This document shows positions 59,150-64,000 of a stretch of DNA of 64,000 nt, in pieces. This DNA is from an uncultured Chloroflexia bacterium (GTDB taxonomy: Bacteria; Chloroflexota; Limnocylindria; Limnocylindrales; CSP1-4). Both the position numbers and the translations under genes were made by a program. Location: assembly GCA_963713975.1 (NCBI GenBank), contig OY970218.1:1984001-2048000 (forward strand), in the 5' to 3' direction. The notes under the pieces were generated by a model that saw only the letters and a list, made by a program, of their open reading frames with translations, did no database searches and was not told the origin of the DNA. Position 1 is the first letter of the stretch. Every line of letters starts with the position of its first letter.

Positions 59150-59992
59150 ATGCAGCTAAGCGACCGCAAGGTCTTCGCCCTCCTGGGCGAGGTGGTGGAC
59201 GGGAACCCCACCGAGGAGATGATCCAGGCCGCCTTCGGGGCGGTGGGGCTGCCGTGGAAATACGTCTCGATCCCGGTTCCGGCGGGGTCGTTCGAGGCGG
59301 CCTGGGCGGCCGCTCGCCGGCTGGGCTTCGCAGGCCTGAACGTCACCAAGCCGTACAAGATCGAGGCCGCCCGCCTCGCGGACCGCCTGACCCCCGCGGC
59401 GGCAGCGATGGGTGCCGTCAACTGCGTCTACCGCGAGGGCGCCGACCTCGTGGGCGACAACACGGATGGACGGGGGCTGGCCCGGGCCGTCGCCGATGTC
59501 CTCCGGATCGAAGGCACCTCCGTCATCGTGCTCGGCGCCGGCGGTGCGGCGCGGGCGGTCGCCGTGGAGCTGGCGTTCGCCGGCGCTCGCGAGATCGTGG
59601 TCGTGGCCCGTTCCGAGGCCGCCGGCCGCTCGCTGGTCGAGGCGATCACAGCCACCGGCACCGCGGCCCGGTTCGAGCCCTGGTCCGGGGTGGTGGCGGT
59701 TCCGGCGGGCTGTGACCTCCTCGTCAACGCGACGTCGGTCGGCATGTTCGACCCGGAGGAGCGACCGGCGGTGGACCTGTCGTCGGCGGGCACCGCGACG
59801 GTCGTCGCCGACGTGGTCATCGCCCCGAGGCCCACGTCCCTCCTCGCCGAGGCAGCCGGGCGGGGGCTCACGACCGTGCACGGGAACGAGATGCTGGTGC
59901 GCCAGGCGGCCATCGGGTTCGAGCTGTGGACCGGTCGCGAGGCGCCGCTGCCGGTTCTGCGGGCCACGCTGGCAGCCGCCCTGGACGGGTAG
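59150..59992 (+). CDS. aroE: Shikimate/quinate dehydrogenase family protein
   Basis: G.NVTKPYK, GAVN, GDNTDG.G, LGAGGAARA, NATSVGM, G.EMLVRQA...FELWTG. Confidence 0.85.
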   Translation: MQLSDRKVFALLGEVVDGNPTEEMIQAAFGAVGLPWKYVSIPVPAGSFEAAWAAARRLGFAGLNVTKPYKIEAARLADRLTPAAAAMGAVNCVYREGADLVGDNTDGRGLARAVADVLRIEGTSVIVLGAGGAARAVAVELAFAGAREIVVVARSEAAGRSLVEAITATGTAARFEPWSGVVAVPAGCDLLVNATSVGMFDPEERPAVDLSSAGTATVVADVVIAPRPTSLLAEAAGRGLTTVHGNEMLVRQAAIGFELWTGREAPLPVLRATLAAALDG

Positions 59993-60041
59993 GTTCCGCC
60001 GTCGGCGGCTGGTGGACCGCGTCCGCATGACCCAATGGCGT

Positions 60042-60203
60042 GGGGTGCGCCGCTGGGAGGTTCAACCGTCGGGTCCGGTCCGGTTTGCGCCGCCTAGCGG
60101 CACGTCTGTCGGCTGGACCGGGCACGGGGAGCAACGAATGTGCCGCCTAGCGACTGAAACCTCGGTCCACCCAACAGTTGAACCTCTGGGCGGCATGGAC
60201 CCC
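60042..60203. repeat. Long imperfect inverted repeat (arms about 60 nt) between convergent genes
   Basis: 60049-60074 pairs with 60169-60194 (21/26) and 60082-60103 with 60140-60161 (16/22); GCCGCCTAGCG occurs in both arms. Confidence 0.65.
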
Positions 60204-60239
60204 GGCCGCCCGGCGGGAGGTGCGTGCAGCGCAGGACCG

Positions 60240-61151
60240 CTAGGTCCCGGATGCCTCTCGCCGCAGCCGGCCGCCCACGTGGAACAGCAGCCAGTGGAGG
60301 AACGCGAAGTACAGGAACAACAGGAACAGCAGGATCGACCCGATGCTGATGAACAGGTTCATCGTGTTCGCCGTGTCTGCGACCTGCGTGCGCAGCTCCG
60401 CGAGCCGCGTCTGCGCTTCGCTGAGGACCGAGGTCACGTTCGTCAGGCCCGCCTGCACTGTCGCGGTCTTCTCGGCGACTACGGTGGCCACCTGCTGGAC
60501 GGGTCCGTCGGTGATCGCATTGCTGACGTCGGTGATCTTGCCGTCGATCTCCTGGACCTTCGCATCCACGGCGGTCAGCGCATCGATGGGGCCCTGCGGC
60601 ACCGTGAATCCCGGGATGAGCCGGTCGAGGACCTGGAGCCGGTCGAGGGCCGCCATCGCCGTGTCCCGGACCCCGCTGTACGACGTACGGAAGTCCTGGT
60701 AGCGGCTCTGCAGGTTCGAGAACTGGTCGCGGAGGCCACTCAGCAGCCCGGGCCCGGCGCTGGCGTCTGCGGCACGGGCGGCCAGGGAGTTGGCGGTGTC
60801 CGTCAGGACGCCGACGCGACCGTTGATCTCGGACACCTTCGCCGACGCGTTGTCGATCAGGGGCACCGCCTGGGCCATCTTGGCGTCGATCGTGCCCGAC
60901 ACGTCGTCAACGGTTGATACTGCCCAGCCTCGGCCGAGCAGCACCACCACAGCCAGCGCCAGGAACAGGACGATCCCGACGATCCCGGCGGTCTGCGCGC
61001 CGATGCCGAGGGCCTTGTTGCGCCTGCTCCGGGACGGGGCCGCTACGGGGTCGGTGGCGTCGGCGGCGACCAACTCAGCGGTGGGCGCGGCCGACTGCAC
61101 TGGTTCCGGCACAGGATCAGGCAGGGGTGACGTTTCCGTCTCGTCGGTCAT
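60240..61151 (-). CDS. Membrane protein with two TM helices flanking a long amphipathic/coiled-coil domain
   Basis: TM near both termini, heptad-like helical centre, GAGGAG RBS. Confidence 0.75.
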   Translation of the reverse strand: MTDETETSPLPDPVPEPVQSAAPTAELVAADATDPVAAPSRSRRNKALGIGAQTAGIVGIVLFLALAVVVLLGRGWAVSTVDDVSGTIDAKMAQAVPLIDNASAKVSEINGRVGVLTDTANSLAARAADASAGPGLLSGLRDQFSNLQSRYQDFRTSYSGVRDTAMAALDRLQVLDRLIPGFTVPQGPIDALTAVDAKVQEIDGKITDVSNAITDGPVQQVATVVAEKTATVQAGLTNVTSVLSEAQTRLAELRTQVADTANTMNLFISIGSILLFLLFLYFAFLHWLLFHVGGRLRREASGT

Positions 61152-61330
61152 CGCTGATCTCCTCGTCAGAGTCGTGGGCCGCGCGGCGGCCTGCATGACG
61201 GCTGGGCCCCGATGCCGTCCACGGCGAGCCTACCGCACGATGCTGTCGCCGCATGCGCCGCACGGCGCTCGACGATGCGCCGCACGTGCAAGGATGAGGG
61301 CGCCCGGCAACCCTAGGCAGGAGGCAACCG

Positions 61331-62281
61331 ATGACGCAGACCAGCCTCGGCGTGCTGCTCTGGAGCCAGGCCACGGACTGGCCCGCGTTCGAAGCGGCCG
61401 CAACGCGAGCCGACGACCTCGGCTACGACCACCTGTGGGCCTGGGACCACCTGTATGCCATCTTCGGCGACCCGTACCAGCCGATCTTCGAGGGCTACAC
61501 GACGCTCGCGGCCTGGGCGAAGGTCACGCGGCGCGCCCGCCTCGGCCTGCTCGTCGGGGCCAACACGTTCCGCAACCCGGCCCTGGTCGCCAAGACGCTG
61601 GTGACCATCGACCACCTGAGCGACGGACGAGCGATCGCGGGCCTGGGTGGTGCCTGGTTCGATCTCGAGCACACCGCAACCGGCATCGATTTCGGAAGCG
61701 GGTTTGGCGAGCGGCTCGACTGGCTGGACGAGGCGGCCGGCTGCATGCGCGCCCTGTTCGAAGGCGCGGAGGTGACCTCGGCCCCAGGTGGCCACTACGC
61801 CCTGGATGCCTTCCGGCTGCTCCCGCCGCCGGTCCAGCCCCGTCTCCCGATCATGATCGGCGGGGCCGGGGAGCGCAAGACGCTGCGCACGGTGGCCCGC
61901 TATGCCGACATGTGGAACGCGATGGGCCCGGTCGACTTCCTGCGCCACAAGGTGGAGGTGCTCCGCCGCCACTGTGACGAGGTTGGGCGCGATTTCGGGG
62001 AGATCGAGCTCACGGCGGGCTGCAAGCCGGTCATCCGTGACACGGAGGCAGAGGCGGTCCGGGTCTGGGAAGCGCAGATGGCACACAACCGGACTCCGAT
62101 GTCCGAGGTCCTCGACGACGACACCTTCTGGGTGGGCACGCCCGAGCTGGTCGCCGGGCGGATGCTGGACCGCAAGGCCCTCGGCTTCCACACCTTCCTT
62201 GCCGAGATGGCGGCACCCTTCGACGCCGAGACCATGGAGCGCTGGATCAACGAGGTCCGTCCGATGGTGGACGGGGACTGA
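61331..62281 (+). CDS. LLM-class (possibly F420-dependent) oxidoreductase
   Basis: GYDHLWAWDH, FRNPALVAK...TIDHLS.GR...GLG..W, IMIGG.GERKTLR.VARYAD.WN. Confidence 0.9.
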   Translation: MTQTSLGVLLWSQATDWPAFEAAATRADDLGYDHLWAWDHLYAIFGDPYQPIFEGYTTLAAWAKVTRRARLGLLVGANTFRNPALVAKTLVTIDHLSDGRAIAGLGGAWFDLEHTATGIDFGSGFGERLDWLDEAAGCMRALFEGAEVTSAPGGHYALDAFRLLPPPVQPRLPIMIGGAGERKTLRTVARYADMWNAMGPVDFLRHKVEVLRRHCDEVGRDFGEIELTAGCKPVIRDTEAEAVRVWEAQMAHNRTPMSEVLDDDTFWVGTPELVAGRMLDRKALGFHTFLAEMAAPFDAETMERWINEVRPMVDGD

Positions 62282-62299
62282 GGTCGACGACGGGCGCCG

Positions 62300-62518
62300 G
62301 TGCCTCGCTGCACTCGTCAGCCAGGCCGTGAGATCGCGGGCCTCCAGCCGGCGCGGGCGGATGTCATCCTTGCCGGCGCCTGCGTCATCCGGGCCGTCAT
62401 GGAACGCCTGTGCAGGTCATCATTGGTGGTGAGCGATCAGGGCCTGCGGCACGGGGTGCTCGTGGACCGGTTCGGAGCTGACCCGACCCACGAGTCGAGG
62501 ATAGGAAGAGGTAGCTGA
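62300..62518 (+). pseudogene. C-terminal remnant of a Ppx/GppA phosphatase
   Basis: REIAGLQPARADVILAGACV...LVVSDQGLRHGVL is the Ppx/GppA C-terminal motif; the rest of the gene is absent. Confidence 0.75.
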
Positions 62519-64000
62519 TGCGGCGCTTCGCGGTCGAGACGGTGGTCGACGGGCTGATCATCCTGGTGATCTTCCTGGTCATGGGCCTGTTCTCCGTCGC
62601 CCAGCCGTTCCCGTTCGGGCCGGAATTGCCCCCTTGATCGAGCTCAAGGGCGTCGGTGTCGCAGCCTTCCTCGTTGCGGCGGCCATCCTGGTCCTGGGCC
62701 AGCGCTACGTGCGGCCGATGATCGTGGCGTTCACCGGCCGGCTCCTGCTGTCGACGATGGGCCTGTTCCTTGTCATCGTGAACTACCTCGTCCTGTGGGT
62801 CGCCTCGCTGCTTGCGCCCGACCTTGCGATCGTCGCCCAGCCTGCGAGCCTGTGGCTCCTTGTGATTGCCATCCTGTACACGGTCCTCGGCACGGTGGCG
62901 GACGCCCTCCTAGGCCTGAACCGCCCCCACGTCCCGACAGCGGACAGCGACAAGCTGTGGCGCTTCCTCGAATCGCTGCCCACCCCGCGCCGGAACGTGA
63001 TCATCGAGAACCTCCGGCTCCAGCAGATCTACGACATGGTGTATGCGGTGGCCCTCGATTCGTCGCTGGCCAAGACGCCGATCGGGCCGTTCCGCATCTG
63101 GTTCGCCAGCCGCGTCCTCGGCGAGACCGACATCGTTGCCGATGCCACCGGACCGGAGCGGTTCCGGATGCTCCTCCAGCAGCTGGGCCCGACCTACGTG
63201 AAGATCGGCCAGATGATCGCCAGTCGTGGCGATGCGCTCCCGCCGGACCTGATCGAGGAGCTGTCCAAGCTCCAGAGTGACGCCGCGCCATTCCCGTGGG
63301 AAGACGCCCGCCAGATGATCCAGGACGAGCTGGGCAAGCCCCCCGAGGAGCTGTTCGCGACGATCGAGCACGAGCCGTTCGCGGCGGCGTCCACGGCCCA
63401 GGTCCACCGTGCCACCCTGCACGACGGGACGGTCGTCGCGGTGAAGGTCCAGCGGCCGCGCATCGTCGCCAAGACCAAGGCCGACCTGGGCGTGATCACC
63501 CAGCTCGCGCTGATCTCGGAGCGCCGTCTCGCCCTCGCGCGCAAGGTGGGCGTGGTGGGGATGGTCAACGAGTTCGCCGGGGGTGTCCTCAAGGAGCTGG
63601 ACTACCGCAACGAGGCGTACCACGCGAAGCGCCTCGCGGACAACATGGCGAAGTTCCCGGAGATCACGGTCCCACGCATCTACGATGACCTCTCGGCAGC
63701 GCGCGTCCTGACCATGGAGTTCATCGACGGGATCAAGATCTCCAAGACGGAGAAACTCCACGAGGCCGGCTTCGACACCGATGCGCTCGGCACGACGTTC
63801 ATCCGCGCGGTCATCAAGCAGGTCCTCATCGACGGCTTCTTCCACGGCGACCCGCACCCCGGCAACCTGCTCGCGGATCCCGCTGACAAGCGCCTCGTGT
63901 TCCTGGATATGGGGCTTGTCGGCCAGCTCGACTCATCGCAGCGGATGAACCTGCTCGGCCTCATCTATGCGCTCAAGGCGATCGATATCCCTGGGATCGC
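62518..64000 (+). CDS. AarF/ABC1/UbiB kinase with an N-terminal multi-TM domain; apparent frameshift near 62630; runs off the window edge
   Basis: The frame from ATG 62518 stops at 62637. The -1 frame from 62634 stays open to the end: LGPTYVKIGQ, LSKLQ, AAASTAQVH, VAVKVQRP, ELDY, FFHGDPHPGN, LDMG. Confidence 0.85.

Noticed and set aside
55864-59421. 1185-aa ORF suggesting a giant kinase fusion
   Set aside because: Only the last 282 aa are protein-like; the rest overlaps the epimerase out of frame and manC/aroE antisense.
1-64000. tRNA, rRNA, riboswitch, IS/integrase or prophage genes
   Set aside because: None recognisable by eye; a covariance-model scan is needed to exclude small RNAs.

Overview
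GC-rich bacterial chromosomal segment (about 70% GC by eye). The Ala/Pro-rich lipoprotein linkers and gene content suggest a Chloroflexota/Actinobacteria-like soil or sediment organism; this is inference only. I saw no rRNA, tRNA, CRISPR array or transposase. Left to right: the end of a hydrogenase-maturation operon (hypD, hypE); a DEAD-box helicase; an NCS1 transporter; an aldo/keto reductase and a prolyl aminopeptidase; a multiheme cytochrome c / 4Fe-4S / NrfD electron-transfer operon with an atypical NarL regulator; mtnA; a single-chain PreT-PreA dihydropyrimidine dehydrogenase; and a PucR regulator with a lipid kinase. Next is a sugar island of about 38 kb (20.6-59.1 kb). It holds a SorC regulator with fused E1 alpha/beta and E2; a glyoxylate shunt (ICL2-type aceA, aceB, a Cys-rich mini-ORF, LysR); a PHP / aldolase-SDR / two Zn-dehydrogenase operon; an L-rhamnose ABC operon with rhaM, rhaB and rhaI; a second ABC operon with LacI, fucU-like and fucI; and a LacI-operator-controlled GDP-mannose 3,5-epimerase / GHMP-like kinase / tandem nucleotidyltransferase operon divergent from manC. 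The window ends with aroE, an LLM oxidoreductase, a ppx remnant and a frameshifted membrane-UbiB kinase. The two best candidates for undescribed systems are both hypotheses: a redox-flip and TPP-cleavage route from 6-deoxy-L-hexoses to acetyl-CoA, and a GDP-based Leloir-like salvage route for an L-hexose.
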